Positions 1 to 9,242 of a stretch of 31,950 nt of DNA are shown one piece after another. The position numbers and the translations under genes were made by a program. Origin of the DNA: a virus (lineage: Duplodnaviria > Caudoviricetes); the IMG/VR virus record IMGVR_UViG_3300017766_004037, positions 1 through 31,950 of that record; one strand, given 5' to 3'. The notes below the pieces were generated by a model. It was given only the letters and a program-made list of their open reading frames with translations, had not been told where the DNA came from and searched no databases. How positions within the stretch are numbered: the first letter of the stretch is position 1; each line of letters opens with the position of its first letter.

Positions 1-1
1 A

Positions 2-79
2 CAAAGTAGATTTTTCTATTTTATTATTACCTGTAGCCACATCCAGTGAGGAAAAAGATATCGCATTGGTTGCTGGCAT
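2..79 (-). CDS. Possible 5' end of a gene running off the left edge (MPATNAISFSSLDVATG...)
   Basis: ATG at 79 just after the stop of the 101..439 ORF; frame open to the window edge; too short to verify. Confidence 0.35.
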   Translation of the reverse strand, partial: MPATNAISFSSLDVATGNNKIEKSTL

Positions 80-100
80 GGCTTCGATTGCACAACAAAT

Positions 101-439
101 TCAAAATATAGTATTATCAAATATTAAAGTAAATCCGCCTGCGGTTCCAGCTGATCCAAACCCAGAACTTCCACTATTACCGCAAATAGTAACGCCAGAA
201 GTATTTCCAACAAGACCAAAAGTACTTGTGATAGAATATGTATTACCTACACCTAAAGCCATAGCTATAGCTTTAATCTCTGGATATTGATCATAGCAGT
301 CTTCCAATGAATCGGGTGCGGGTCGTTGACCTGTTGTGACCTTTGAATTAGCACACAGATATTCTGGGCGATTAGCAATAGCATTGCCATCTTGTATTTT
401 TAATACGTTTGTACCAAGGATTGTAATTCTTTTAGGCAT
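101..439 (-). CDS. Hypothetical protein, probably virion structural (Gly/Thr-rich)
   Basis: 112-aa ORF overlapping the upstream stop codon by 8 nt in the baseplate operon. Confidence 0.7.
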   Translation of the reverse strand: MPKRITILGTNVLKIQDGNAIANRPEYLCANSKVTTGQRPAPDSLEDCYDQYPEIKAIAMALGVGNTYSITSTFGLVGNTSGVTICGNSGSSGFGSAGTAGGFTLIFDNTIF

Positions 440-2786
440 TGCAACTTCCGTCTACGGCGTTTTCTACAGCAAAATAATAAACATATTCATTGTCAAGATT
501 GGGGGCGGGGGTAGCAGCTCCCATATCTCTTAGATTTTTTATAGGAATTTTATACATTTTAACAATATGATCAGCACCCCCTAGCAGGTCAGTCTCTGTA
601 TAAAAAGTTCCAGTAAATCCTACAGGTTTTACAGAAAAAGATCCAATAGATTCAATATTATTAATATTAAATCCCGGCCCCCGGTAAGGAGAAATGCTAT
701 TATTTTGTACAAAACCATTCATGCGCTCATTTAAATTCACAGCCCAAGTTTCGATACCGGTAAACCCTTTATTTTGAAGAAGATTTTGAATATCTTGTTC
801 AGAAGGTGATCCAGTAGAACCTATGCATTGGCTTGCAGTCCACCCTTGGAACATATTGTGGTTTGAAGCATGTACTGGAATATTTCCTGTATTTCCTGCC
901 GTAAACCCAGCTATGTATGGACCTGGTTGTAACATTTTCCAAGAATAAAGCCATGCATTAGAAAGGGAAACTAGTTCTGTTTCTCCGTTAGCCTTGAGAA
1001 ATTGGCGTTTATCTTGAATAAATCCGGTAATTTTAGCAAAGAACCAATCTTCTTTCGGCGTTAGATCGGTACCAATGCAACACAAAACGTTTGCCACAAA
1101 GTTTTCTTTTTCTGTTTTTTCCAATAGTACGCGGCGTTCATTGTCATAAAATGACTTTTCTTTCATCGCTTCGTACTTGGCTGCTAAAACTTTATTTAAG
1201 CTAACCTGTGTCAGTAGATTGTCAATTAAAAGATCAGAAACGTCTGATGTATTTTCTCCACCAGAAGTAGAATTTAATATCTCAGATATTTCTTTGTAAA
1301 AATCTTTCTTTGTTACTACTACTGTAGATCCACTCAACCCTCGTTGAATATTTGGGTGAGTTAGTGTCATGTCATACTGAAACTGCCACATATATTGATT
1401 GTCGTTGAAAGAATATAACGGGGTTTGAGGTGAAACTGGATTGTAAGAGTCTCTCAATCCTAGCGGAGTAGTTTCAATAGTGTTTAAAATATTTTCATAA
1501 GATGCAGTAGCGTCTACACTGTTGATTTTAAATCTAGTATCGTTGTAATCTTTGCTGTATCCAAAAAAACCTTTATCTGGCAAATGATACAAATTTGAAT
1601 CTTCTAAAGCTGCCACTCGTAGTGAATATGTCAACCCAGGAGAATCATTTATAGTATAAGATGTAACAGTGCTAAGTGTGGTATTAGCAGTTTCACTTAA
1701 GAACGGAGACATTAATCGTTCCATATCTGAGGTAGATCCTGCTGCCACTCCCTCTGTATCTTCCATGTAGATTGGGCTACTACGAATATAGTAGTAATTT
1801 TTATCATGAATAGTATATGCTGGATTTGTTACCATTACATATATTTTTTTGCAAAGTCGTTCTTGTCCTTCAATTACTAAACTTCGCTCTACATCCGCGG
1901 AATCGTATATTGCATATGCTTGAATATGTCCGGGATCGGTATTTTCTTTATCAAAACTAAAATCGTCAGCTAACAAATCAGTTTCTAAATCAAAAAACTT
2001 ATAATTTAAACAATTTGTAAAATCTGTCCAGAACATATAATACGGACGATCAAATTCATCCGTAGCATATGTAAAAATATAATTTAAATACGTAATAATA
2101 TTAGTTTGAAATTGTTCTCGTCGCATAGCATCTGAGATGCGAGGACGGAATAAAACATAGTTTGTCGGTTCAGCTATATTTTTTATAAAAAGATTAACAC
2201 CACATCCGTTTAAAGTAACTTCGGCACCCTCACTGTCTGTGATGGTATACTCTGGAGGTGTGAAAACTTTTTTCTTTGCGTACGTTTTTATAATATGCTC
2301 TGGAGTAGTGACAAAGGGATATTGAATTCCCCAAACAGGAAAAGCTTCCCCTACAGGCTCCAGCTCACCAGTGTCTGCATTTAATTCATAATCTTGTCGT
2401 TCATCATAAAATGAAACATATTGAGATTCGTAGTAAAGTTTATTTGTAAAATTAATAGCAACGAATGCTTGATCTATTTCTGATGCCATGTTGTTGACAT
2501 AGGTTACAGAAGTAATATACCAAGTAAATTTTTCATTATTGTTTAACGCTACTTTAATTTTTTTAATTTCACGTTGCGCGATATAAGAAACAATATCACC
2601 AGTGTCTCTTACTATTAAACTTCCAACTGGAAAAATGTTATTGGTGCTTTCTTCCAATTCCATTCTTTCAAATTGACAAAAAGTATTAATTGTCAATAAT
2701 TCAATACCATCGGCATCACTGGAGTCATCAGTATTACCAAAAATTAATTTTATTGAAGTAAACGGAGTTGAAATTGGATTTTGCAT
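432..2786 (-). CDS. Baseplate hub-like protein (gp27-type N-terminus) with a long C-terminal extension
   Basis: 784 aa directly downstream of gp53; N-terminal ELEESTNNIFPVGSLIVRDTGDI resembles the hub pattern of T4-like phages; function from resemblance and synteny only. Confidence 0.55.
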   Translation of the reverse strand: MQNPISTPFTSIKLIFGNTDDSSDADGIELLTINTFCQFERMELEESTNNIFPVGSLIVRDTGDIVSYIAQREIKKIKVALNNNEKFTWYITSVTYVNNMASEIDQAFVAINFTNKLYYESQYVSFYDERQDYELNADTGELEPVGEAFPVWGIQYPFVTTPEHIIKTYAKKKVFTPPEYTITDSEGAEVTLNGCGVNLFIKNIAEPTNYVLFRPRISDAMRREQFQTNIITYLNYIFTYATDEFDRPYYMFWTDFTNCLNYKFFDLETDLLADDFSFDKENTDPGHIQAYAIYDSADVERSLVIEGQERLCKKIYVMVTNPAYTIHDKNYYYIRSSPIYMEDTEGVAAGSTSDMERLMSPFLSETANTTLSTVTSYTINDSPGLTYSLRVAALEDSNLYHLPDKGFFGYSKDYNDTRFKINSVDATASYENILNTIETTPLGLRDSYNPVSPQTPLYSFNDNQYMWQFQYDMTLTHPNIQRGLSGSTVVVTKKDFYKEISEILNSTSGGENTSDVSDLLIDNLLTQVSLNKVLAAKYEAMKEKSFYDNERRVLLEKTEKENFVANVLCCIGTDLTPKEDWFFAKITGFIQDKRQFLKANGETELVSLSNAWLYSWKMLQPGPYIAGFTAGNTGNIPVHASNHNMFQGWTASQCIGSTGSPSEQDIQNLLQNKGFTGIETWAVNLNERMNGFVQNNSISPYRGPGFNINNIESIGSFSVKPVGFTGTFYTETDLLGGADHIVKMYKIPIKNLRDMGAATPAPNLDNEYVYYFAVENAVDGSCNA

Positions 2787-2787
2787 A

Positions 2788-3693
2788 TTAAATCAACTTA
2801 TTTAAAATACGACCAAACGCTGCCTGTTGTATATAGACAACTTGTGACTGTTCTTGGTATTGTGTTTGCTGATACTGTTTGACAGGAATAGTGTTATAAG
2901 TTTGACTATAATCTAAGCTGGCCAAAGCACTTGGAGCATCTTCTTCAAGAACTGTGAAGAGTGTATCGTTTTCTGTAGCAATCTGTGCATAAAATGAAGT
3001 TTTAGATTTAGTAGTTTTGTCTAGAGCTTCGACCGGGGATTCCGTATATTTGTAAGTTTTTAAATTAACTGTCAAAGCTGTCGTTGTAGTATATGGGTTG
3101 ATTACTAATCCATACTGTCCATTAGTTTTTCTTAATACATAAAAATTGTAACCCAACGAAACTATATCCGGATTTGCTAGATCTTGAGCTCCAGTATCGC
3201 CTCCTGGTTTTAGGTTGGGAGTAATTTTTGCTTTTTTTGTATCTGAATAAGCTTTTTGAACGTGCCAGATGTCTGGATCTGTTGGAAAAATAGATTCTGC
3301 TGCGGTAACACCCGGAGAATAAGTATTCAACCAAGGAATAATAATATCCCCTTCTTTTAAATTTAAAAAAGCCTCTGGATTATTTTTACTTCCAGTAAAA
3401 CGCAAAACGGCTGATGAATAAATGCTGTTTCGTTCTTGGTATGCACTAGGCTCTTCCGGTATCACTTCCCACGGATTAATCTGTTCATTGGCAAACATCA
3501 AAGCCCAGAAGTCTTCAGCATTTTGATATAATTCTAAACTTAATCCACCAATTTCATCAGCTTTATATGATGTTGCTGGAGTTGCAGAATAATCTGCTGG
3601 ATCTGCATCATAAGCATATGAAATATCTACTAAAGTTTTATTTTTTCCTTCAATAGTTGATGTGTAATTTGGAAATTTTTGAAAATAATTCAT
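2788..3693 (-). CDS. gp53: Baseplate wedge protein gp53-like
   Basis: MNYFQKFP start and LSLELYQNAEDFWALMFANEQINPW LysM-like motif; adjacent to gp48. Confidence 0.8.
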   Translation of the reverse strand: MNYFQKFPNYTSTIEGKNKTLVDISYAYDADPADYSATPATSYKADEIGGLSLELYQNAEDFWALMFANEQINPWEVIPEEPSAYQERNSIYSSAVLRFTGSKNNPEAFLNLKEGDIIIPWLNTYSPGVTAAESIFPTDPDIWHVQKAYSDTKKAKITPNLKPGGDTGAQDLANPDIVSLGYNFYVLRKTNGQYGLVINPYTTTTALTVNLKTYKYTESPVEALDKTTKSKTSFYAQIATENDTLFTVLEEDAPSALASLDYSQTYNTIPVKQYQQTQYQEQSQVVYIQQAAFGRILNKLI

Positions 3694-4490
3694 CCTACTG
3701 CAGCTCCTAATGCAGATACTTCTGACTTGGACAACAATACTCCATCTTGAAAGGCTGGAGCAAAGGTTCCGGTTTCAAATTCTGTAAATGTTACGGTAAG
3801 CAAAGTAATAACAGCTCTTGCATTTTTAAATACCTTTAATACTGGATCTGCAGGATCTCCTTTATCGACTTGTAGACTTGACAGGACACAAGGCAGTGGA
3901 TCACCTAACCAGCTATTGGTAAGATATGATGCTCCTACGTCACCATTAGAAAATGCGTCAATAATCCAAAGGTTTTGAGGAAATGTTCTTTCGGGTAAGT
4001 TGGGAACAACTTTTGGATAAGAATAGTTTTTAAAGCTATTGACAATTTTGTCAACTGCCTCAGACTCTGCGGGGTTCTTTGGTACAAACAAATATTTAAA
4101 TGAAAAGTTACGACGTGCTTCGCTCGTCATAGTTGCTTCAGTTATATTGCTAAAACGGCGGTATGTATCCGTCGTAAAGGCTGCTTCATAAAAAGCAGCA
4201 GCCGGGGCCGAAAGTCTTTCTAGAAACAAGTCATCACCACCGCTGGTATTCTTCAATCCCGCCATACTCGCTACAGGGCCGACAGGATTGGCTCCGCTGG
4301 CAAATTCGTGCTCCAATCGCATCTTGGGCTCACTGGTGAAGGGTAGCCATATTTCCAGCAAAGGATTACTACGAATATACTCCCTGGTTCTGTTTTTATT
4401 GATTACAGAATACTCAGCGCACTTAAATATACACCAAAAAGGTATTTCGTTTGAATAAGGTTGTTGTGGGTATACTAAGGGATCTGCCAT
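3690..4490 (-). CDS. gp48: Baseplate tail-tube cap gp48-like
   Basis: RNFSFKYLFVPKNPAESEAVDKIVNSFK, PCVLSSLQVD and LTVTFTE motifs; between gp53 and gp4 as in T4-like cyanophages. Confidence 0.85.
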   Translation of the reverse strand: MADPLVYPQQPYSNEIPFWCIFKCAEYSVINKNRTREYIRSNPLLEIWLPFTSEPKMRLEHEFASGANPVGPVASMAGLKNTSGGDDLFLERLSAPAAAFYEAAFTTDTYRRFSNITEATMTSEARRNFSFKYLFVPKNPAESEAVDKIVNSFKNYSYPKVVPNLPERTFPQNLWIIDAFSNGDVGASYLTNSWLGDPLPCVLSSLQVDKGDPADPVLKVFKNARAVITLLTVTFTEFETGTFAPAFQDGVLLSKSEVSALGAAVG

Positions 4491-4510
4491 ATATTGTTCT
4501 TTTCAAAAAT

Positions 4511-4536
4511 TATTTAGCATGCTCTTTACCTAAATA
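4511..4536. promoter_or_regulatory. Divergent T4-type late promoter boxes (CTAAATA on each strand)
   Basis: TATTTAG at 4511-4517 (minus strand, toward gp48) and CTAAATA at 4530-4536 (plus strand, toward gp4). Confidence 0.6.
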
Positions 4537-4546
4537 TTTTTTGAAA

Positions 4547-4966
4547 ATGGCATATAAAACTAGATTTACTCCAAAGAATAGACACAAATATGTCGGCACA
4601 AAGACCGAATTGTTATGTCGTTCACTTTGGGAGCGACGTGTTTGTAAATTTTTAGATGAAAGTGCAAGTGTTACAAAATGGTCTTTTGAGGAGATTGAAA
4701 TCCCATATGTACACCCAATTGACAAAAAAGTTCACCGATATATTCCAGATTTCTTGGTTCAGACTGAACGTAATAATAAAAAGAAGAGTATTTTAGTTGA
4801 AGTTAAACCCAAAAAACAAGTAAAGTTGAGAGAATCTGCATCAAAGCGAGATCAAATTGTTTTTCAAATTAACAAAGCTAAATGGACTGCGGCTCAAAAA
4901 TTCTGTGAAAAGCATGATATTGAATTCAAAATTTTAACAGAAGAGGAAATATTTCATGGCAGTTAA
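4547..4966 (+). CDS. gp4: Head completion protein gp4 (TnsA-like nuclease fold); start corrected to ATG 4547
   Basis: MAYKTRFTPKNRHKY, RSLWE, WSFEEIEIPY, HRYIPDF, VEVKP and NKAKWTAA motifs. Confidence 0.93.
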   Translation: MAYKTRFTPKNRHKYVGTKTELLCRSLWERRVCKFLDESASVTKWSFEEIEIPYVHPIDKKVHRYIPDFLVQTERNNKKKSILVEVKPKKQVKLRESASKRDQIVFQINKAKWTAAQKFCEKHDIEFKILTEEEIFHGS

Positions 4967-5558
4967 TATGTCAATTGCTTCGCTAAAAGATAAAATTTCA
5001 GCTGCAGGAGGCTTACAACGAAATAACAGATTTTATGTATCGTTCAACGGCCCCGTAGCTCCGTTTGTAGATGAAAATGGAGAACTGTCTACAGATGGGA
5101 CACCAAAACAATATATTGCCGAAAATGTATTGTTTCCCAGTGTTACAATGACCACTCAAGCAGATGGTCTTGCCGGCCCCGGTTTAGGTCGTACTAGTCC
5201 CCGAGGATTATATTACAAAGATGGGCTGCTAATGACTTTTCCTGTTTTTGGAAACTGGAAACTCGTAGAAGGTATTGAAACTTGGATTAAAAGTTTATAT
5301 TACCAAAATTCAGGTTCACCGCAGGTATGGATAACCGAATATTACGACACACCACAAAATTTTACTCAATCAATTAAAAACTCTTCATTGGCGGTCAATG
5401 TTTTAGATTTAAATGGAGATGTTAAAGCGGTGTACAATTTTACTGAAGTATTTCCTGTAGAAATTGTTCCCCTGCAACTTTCAACTATGACCACAAATGA
5501 ATATCTTAAATTAACAGTTAGATTTGCTTTTAGAAACTATACATTAGAAATACGATAA
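4956..5558 (+). CDS. Tail tube family protein (gp54/gp19-like tube initiator)
   Basis: GGLQRNNRFYV start; YNFTEVFPVEI and LTVRFAFRNY end; between gp4 and gp26. Confidence 0.75.
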   Translation: MAVNMSIASLKDKISAAGGLQRNNRFYVSFNGPVAPFVDENGELSTDGTPKQYIAENVLFPSVTMTTQADGLAGPGLGRTSPRGLYYKDGLLMTFPVFGNWKLVEGIETWIKSLYYQNSGSPQVWITEYYDTPQNFTQSIKNSSLAVNVLDLNGDVKAVYNFTEVFPVEIVPLQLSTMTTNEYLKLTVRFAFRNYTLEIR

Positions 5559-5562
5559 AATT

Positions 5563-6234
5563 ATGATAGATGAAATTTTAAATAAATTGCGTGGACTTGA
5601 GCCGGAGTATAAAGTAACTCTTCCCAACAGCAAAAAAGAAGTTACATACACTCCATTTAAAATGAAAGATCAAAAGACATTATCTTTGATTGCTGAAGAA
5701 AAAAGCATAGGATCTATAGTTAAAAATCTATGTGAACTTCTTCGGTCCTGTTCTTCAGAAAAAAAACCAGAGCTGTTGCACATTTCTGATTTTGAGTATT
5801 TGTTTCTTCAAATAAGAGGAAAAAGCGTTGAGGAAAAAATAGATTTAATCATTGAAGATGACAAAAAGATTTCTTTTGCTCTAAAAATTGATGATATAAA
5901 ATTTGAACCCGGAATAGTATCAAAAAATCTTATTGTTGCAGATAATATTGTCATAGAATTAAAACAACCTACAGTAATGGATTATATTTCTGTAGATTCT
6001 CTTGACGAAAACTTGTTGTTTACCAGAATAGTTAAAACTATAACGATAGACAAACATCGTTATGATCTGTCTATCCTAAAAACTCAAGACATTCAAAAAA
6101 TCTTGGATGAAATTTACCTAAAACACTCAAACCCTTTAAAAGAGTTTTTAAAGTCTGGTCCAAAATTAACATATGCGGTTGTAACTGAAGATAAAACAAT
6201 CACAATAGAGGGCTTTTTACGTTTTTTTATCTAA
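5563..6234 (+). CDS. gp26: Baseplate hub assembly protein gp26-like
   Basis: PEYKVTLP, YTPFKMKDQK, DFEYLFLQIRGKSVEE and C-terminal IEGFLRFF motifs. Confidence 0.9.
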   Translation: MIDEILNKLRGLEPEYKVTLPNSKKEVTYTPFKMKDQKTLSLIAEEKSIGSIVKNLCELLRSCSSEKKPELLHISDFEYLFLQIRGKSVEEKIDLIIEDDKKISFALKIDDIKFEPGIVSKNLIVADNIVIELKQPTVMDYISVDSLDENLLFTRIVKTITIDKHRYDLSILKTQDIQKILDEIYLKHSNPLKEFLKSGPKLTYAVVTEDKTITIEGFLRFFI

Positions 6235-6236
6235 GT

Positions 6237-6428
6237 GTGAAGTATTTTAATTTAATAGAATATTATAAAACATTATTTGTTTTAACTAATACAAAACGTT
6301 TGAGTCTTTTTGAAATTCAAGAGATGTATCCTTGGGAGTATGAAATTTATATTCAAATGCTGAATGAACATCTGGAACTAGAAAATCAAATGAAACAAGA
6401 TACCTTAAATAGGGAACGACTGCAATGA
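6237..6428 (+). CDS. gp51: Baseplate hub assembly catalyst gp51-like
   Basis: YYKTLFVL...EIQEMYPWEYEIYIQML motif; GTG start right after gp26. Confidence 0.88.
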   Translation: MKYFNLIEYYKTLFVLTNTKRLSLFEIQEMYPWEYEIYIQMLNEHLELENQMKQDTLNRERLQ

Positions 6429-7033
6429 CCAATAAAGATTCAATGCTTGGAAACAAAAGACCTGTACCCGATGCAAGTCCAAATGCATCGGCGCGCATGG
6501 GTGGACTGTCTGTTGCTTCGACGTCTAAAATTGAATCTCCGAAGCCGCAAGAAGTTAAACTCATGCAGTTACTTCCACAACTAGCAAAAAAGCCAGAAAA
6601 TCAAAATCAACCAAATATAGGTGTTTTACCAAAACTTTTAACTCAAGAAACACCCAAGTTTACTGAAATGTTAAAGCCTGACATTTCTGCGTCAGTTGAA
6701 GCTAAAGTATCTCCGATGAATGTTAAAATTGCTCCTCAAGAAAATATTCAGCCAGAAGCAATAACCATTGCTGAATCTATACTTCAGAAAGAAAATATAA
6801 AAAAAGCACTGGATACAAATATTCAAAAATCCAAAGAAGAGCAAATGTCTAGACAAACAATCAATAAACTTCAACCAGCCTTTCAGCGTATTGAAGAAAT
6901 TTTGTCTTACCAAGGTCAATTAAACAAAGCTAAAATGGATTTTAACAGCGAACATTACACAGTGGCGGCAACCCAATCTCTGTTTAACCTTACGGCTAAT
7001 CAAATTGGCAATATGCCAACTTGGAGACAATAA
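6425..7033 (+). CDS. Hypothetical protein (Gln/Lys/Pro-rich, helical C-terminus)
   Basis: 202-aa ORF coupled to gp51 by an ATGA overlap. Confidence 0.75.
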   Translation: MTNKDSMLGNKRPVPDASPNASARMGGLSVASTSKIESPKPQEVKLMQLLPQLAKKPENQNQPNIGVLPKLLTQETPKFTEMLKPDISASVEAKVSPMNVKIAPQENIQPEAITIAESILQKENIKKALDTNIQKSKEEQMSRQTINKLQPAFQRIEEILSYQGQLNKAKMDFNSEHYTVAATQSLFNLTANQIGNMPTWRQ

Positions 7034-7054
7034 AAAAGCCCCCTTTCGGGGGCT
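7032..7054 (-). terminator. Intrinsic terminator of gp32, between convergent genes
   Basis: AGCCCCC-TTTC-GGGGGCT stem with an A-run on its left (U-tail on the minus strand). Confidence 0.85.
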
Positions 7055-7057
7055 CCT

Positions 7058-7918
7058 TCAATCCTGCTTATTCTTAAGCGTCTTGAAGTAATCCAGCGTA
7101 TCCATATCTTCGGCAGGCACCTGACTTACAGTAGAGTCATCCTCTACAGTGCGCTCAGAGGATTCATCAAACTGCTCGCGAATGTCTTCGCCAACGGTCT
7201 TCTTGAACCGCTCCTTTAGCTCGTCATAAGACTTAAAGTTAGACGGATGCAGAAACTCCTGCAACTTGTACTGCTTCTTCCACAGCGCTTCAAGCTTCTT
7301 GTCGTCACCGCCCATAAGAGGAGCGGGGGCAGCAAACTCGCTACGGTCGTAGTTGACGTAACCACCAACATTGCGAATCTTCAGCTTAAAGTCAGCACCC
7401 TCCCAGAAATTAAAGGGATCAGTCGGGGTCTCGTCCTTGAACTCAGGGCTCATCAGAGACTGGACTTTTTCAAAGATCTTGGTGCCGTACTTGAAGAGAA
7501 ACACTCGGCCCTCATTCTCTGAGTTGGAGGGATCACTGACAACAAGAATGTTGCTAATGTAGTTTAGCTTGCGCTTACGCTCACGGGCAATGTTCTTGTC
7601 CTCTTCCATGCCACTGTTCCAAAGTTCAGTGTTGGCTTCGCAGACAGGGCACTTCTCTCCAAGGCTAGTGCGGCAGTTCTCAATGAGCCAGCCACCCTTG
7701 CCTCGGAAGGCATGCGTGTACATCTTGATAAAGGGAACCTCTTCGCCCTCGGTGGGGGGAAGAAAACGAATGACGGCGTAGCCGTTCTTAGATGCATCAA
7801 TACCGGGCTTCCAGAACCGATCATCCTTGTAGCTTTCCTTGCTATTAAGACTTTCCAGCTTCTTGCTGAGATCTTCAACCGAATTCTTGCTACGCTTCTT
7901 AAAATCTGCAAAACTCAT
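7058..7918 (-). CDS. gp32: Single-stranded DNA-binding protein gp32
   Basis: DDRFWKP, NGYAVIRFLP, ENCRTSLGEKCPVC, FLFKYGTKIF, FNFWEGADFKLKIR, NYDRSEF and acidic tail. Confidence 0.98.
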   Translation of the reverse strand: MSFADFKKRSKNSVEDLSKKLESLNSKESYKDDRFWKPGIDASKNGYAVIRFLPPTEGEEVPFIKMYTHAFRGKGGWLIENCRTSLGEKCPVCEANTELWNSGMEEDKNIARERKRKLNYISNILVVSDPSNSENEGRVFLFKYGTKIFEKVQSLMSPEFKDETPTDPFNFWEGADFKLKIRNVGGYVNYDRSEFAAPAPLMGGDDKKLEALWKKQYKLQEFLHPSNFKSYDELKERFKKTVGEDIREQFDESSERTVEDDSTVSQVPAEDMDTLDYFKTLKNKQD

Positions 7919-7987
7919 GTGTAACCTTTCTTTCTCCGGGATCTACCCGGACCTAAAAATTATCAGAGGACATTCCCTGATATGCTT

Positions 7988-8015
7988 ATTCTACCATATT
8001 TATGGTGGGTGTCAA
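7988..8015 (-). promoter_or_regulatory. Sigma70-type promoter of gp32 with a late box in its spacer
   Basis: TTGACA(8015-8010)-16 nt-TAGAAT(7993-7988) with extended TG; ATAAATA at 8003-7997. Confidence 0.8.
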
Positions 8016-8248
8016 TCATCAATAGGGAGCTTTTTCTTTTTTGGAACTTTTAAAAGATGCTTTTCTTTTGCTTCCTCTTGAATTTTTTCAATAATAGGCT
8101 TTGTTAAAAGTTTTCCAGCAGCGGCTGGCTCAATATTCATTTCTTCAGCCAATTCAATTATACAATCCATATAAGACAATTTTGTTGTTTGGACTCGTTT
8201 CATGACATTGGCTGAAAAGGCTAATTTTGCTTTTTCATCTAGATACAT
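8012..8248 (-). CDS. gp33: Late transcription coactivator gp33; start probably ATG 8248
   Basis: SYMDCIIELAEEMNIE...KLLTKPIIEKIQEEA...KLPI; adjacent to gp32; ATG 8254 abuts the -10 box so cannot be in the transcript. Confidence 0.9.
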   Translation of the reverse strand: MYLDEKAKLAFSANVMKRVQTTKLSYMDCIIELAEEMNIEPAAAGKLLTKPIIEKIQEEAKEKHLLKVPKKKKLPIDD

Positions 8249-8254
8249 ACCCAT

Positions 8255-8282
8255 ATTATAGCATACTTTAAAAATTTATCAA
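8255..8282 (-). promoter_or_regulatory. Sigma70-type promoter of gp33 (leaderless)
   Basis: TTGATA-16 nt-TATAAT with extended TG, then 6 nt to ATG 8248. Confidence 0.75.
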
Positions 8283-8321
8283 TACTTACCACAGTCTAAA
8301 TATCTCAGACTCGGAGTATAA

Positions 8322-9242
8322 ATGGCAAACAACCTTATTATTAATATTGCTGGAGGAAATACCGCTACCATTGCTACAAATGATGTAGCTGGAGCTCAGT
8401 ATCAAGTTTTTAAAATGGCATATGGCAACACTGGAAGCGCGACTATGGTCACTTCCAGCACACCATTTCCCGTAACTTTGTCATCAGGTGTCACTGCCAA
8501 CATTGTTAATTTTACTGACCCAGTCATTGTAGTCGGTAATAGCGCCGGAGACGCGGTCTTTGTTCAAGGCACCGTAAGTATCCAAGGTGTCAGCGGAGCT
8601 CCCTTGGCGGTCACTGGGGGCATTCCTCGCAGTTATACAAAAGACAGTATTGCTGTATATGGCTATAATGGAAATTCTTTCATTCAAGCAACTTTAGTTG
8701 GATCCGGTGGAGCTGCGATTGGCATGTCCGGTAGCGCCATCCGAGTATCCGTCCAAGATATTACAGTTACTGCCAGCATCAATCCTGTAATTTACATTCA
8801 AAATTATGGATCTACCTCTGCCATTCGGGTTGAAGGAAATTCTGGTGGATATCCTGTAAACGTCGGAGTATGTGGTACAGTCAATATTTACGATACCAAT
8901 ATTACCAACGGTCTAACTGCCATCTATGGTGAAATCGTAGATCTTAATAATAATCTAAGCACCATTGGAATTTCTAGACCCACAACCTTCATCTCTGGCA
9001 GAATGACCGCCACTACTGGCGTCACTTTCATGTATGGCGCTGGCTATACTACTGGAAACGGAGTTCAAGTAAAGGCATCTTCAGCCAACACAGACATCGT
9101 CTACATCAACTCAGATGGAATAGCGACAGTGGGATATGAACTAGACCCTGGCGAAAATATATTCATCGACGTTATCAACATCAATACAATTTACGTTAGA
9201 GCAAAATCTTCTTCCCAGATAATTTCATACTTGGCTAGCTAA
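8322..9242 (+). CDS. Virion structural or fibre-like protein (Gly/Ser/Thr/Val-rich beta structure)
   Basis: 306 aa; late box CTAAATA 8296-8302 and GGAG RBS; C-terminal GVQVKA..N...VYI...GYELDPGE pattern common in phage structural proteins. Confidence 0.7.
   Translation: MANNLIINIAGGNTATIATNDVAGAQYQVFKMAYGNTGSATMVTSSTPFPVTLSSGVTANIVNFTDPVIVVGNSAGDAVFVQGTVSIQGVSGAPLAVTGGIPRSYTKDSIAVYGYNGNSFIQATLVGSGGAAIGMSGSAIRVSVQDITVTASINPVIYIQNYGSTSAIRVEGNSGGYPVNVGVCGTVNIYDTNITNGLTAIYGEIVDLNNNLSTIGISRPTTFISGRMTATTGVTFMYGAGYTTGNGVQVKASSANTDIVYINSDGIATVGYELDPGENIFIDVININTIYVRAKSSSQIISYLAS

Noticed and set aside
4547-4966. Transposase or homing endonuclease
   Set aside because: The TnsA-like nuclease motifs and position beside gp48 identify it as the core gene gp4.
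7247-8081. Alternative-frame and antisense ORFs over gp32 and gp33
   Set aside because: Explained by GC-ending codon bias reducing off-frame stops; no RBS or recognisable motifs, unlike the nested MTase ORF.
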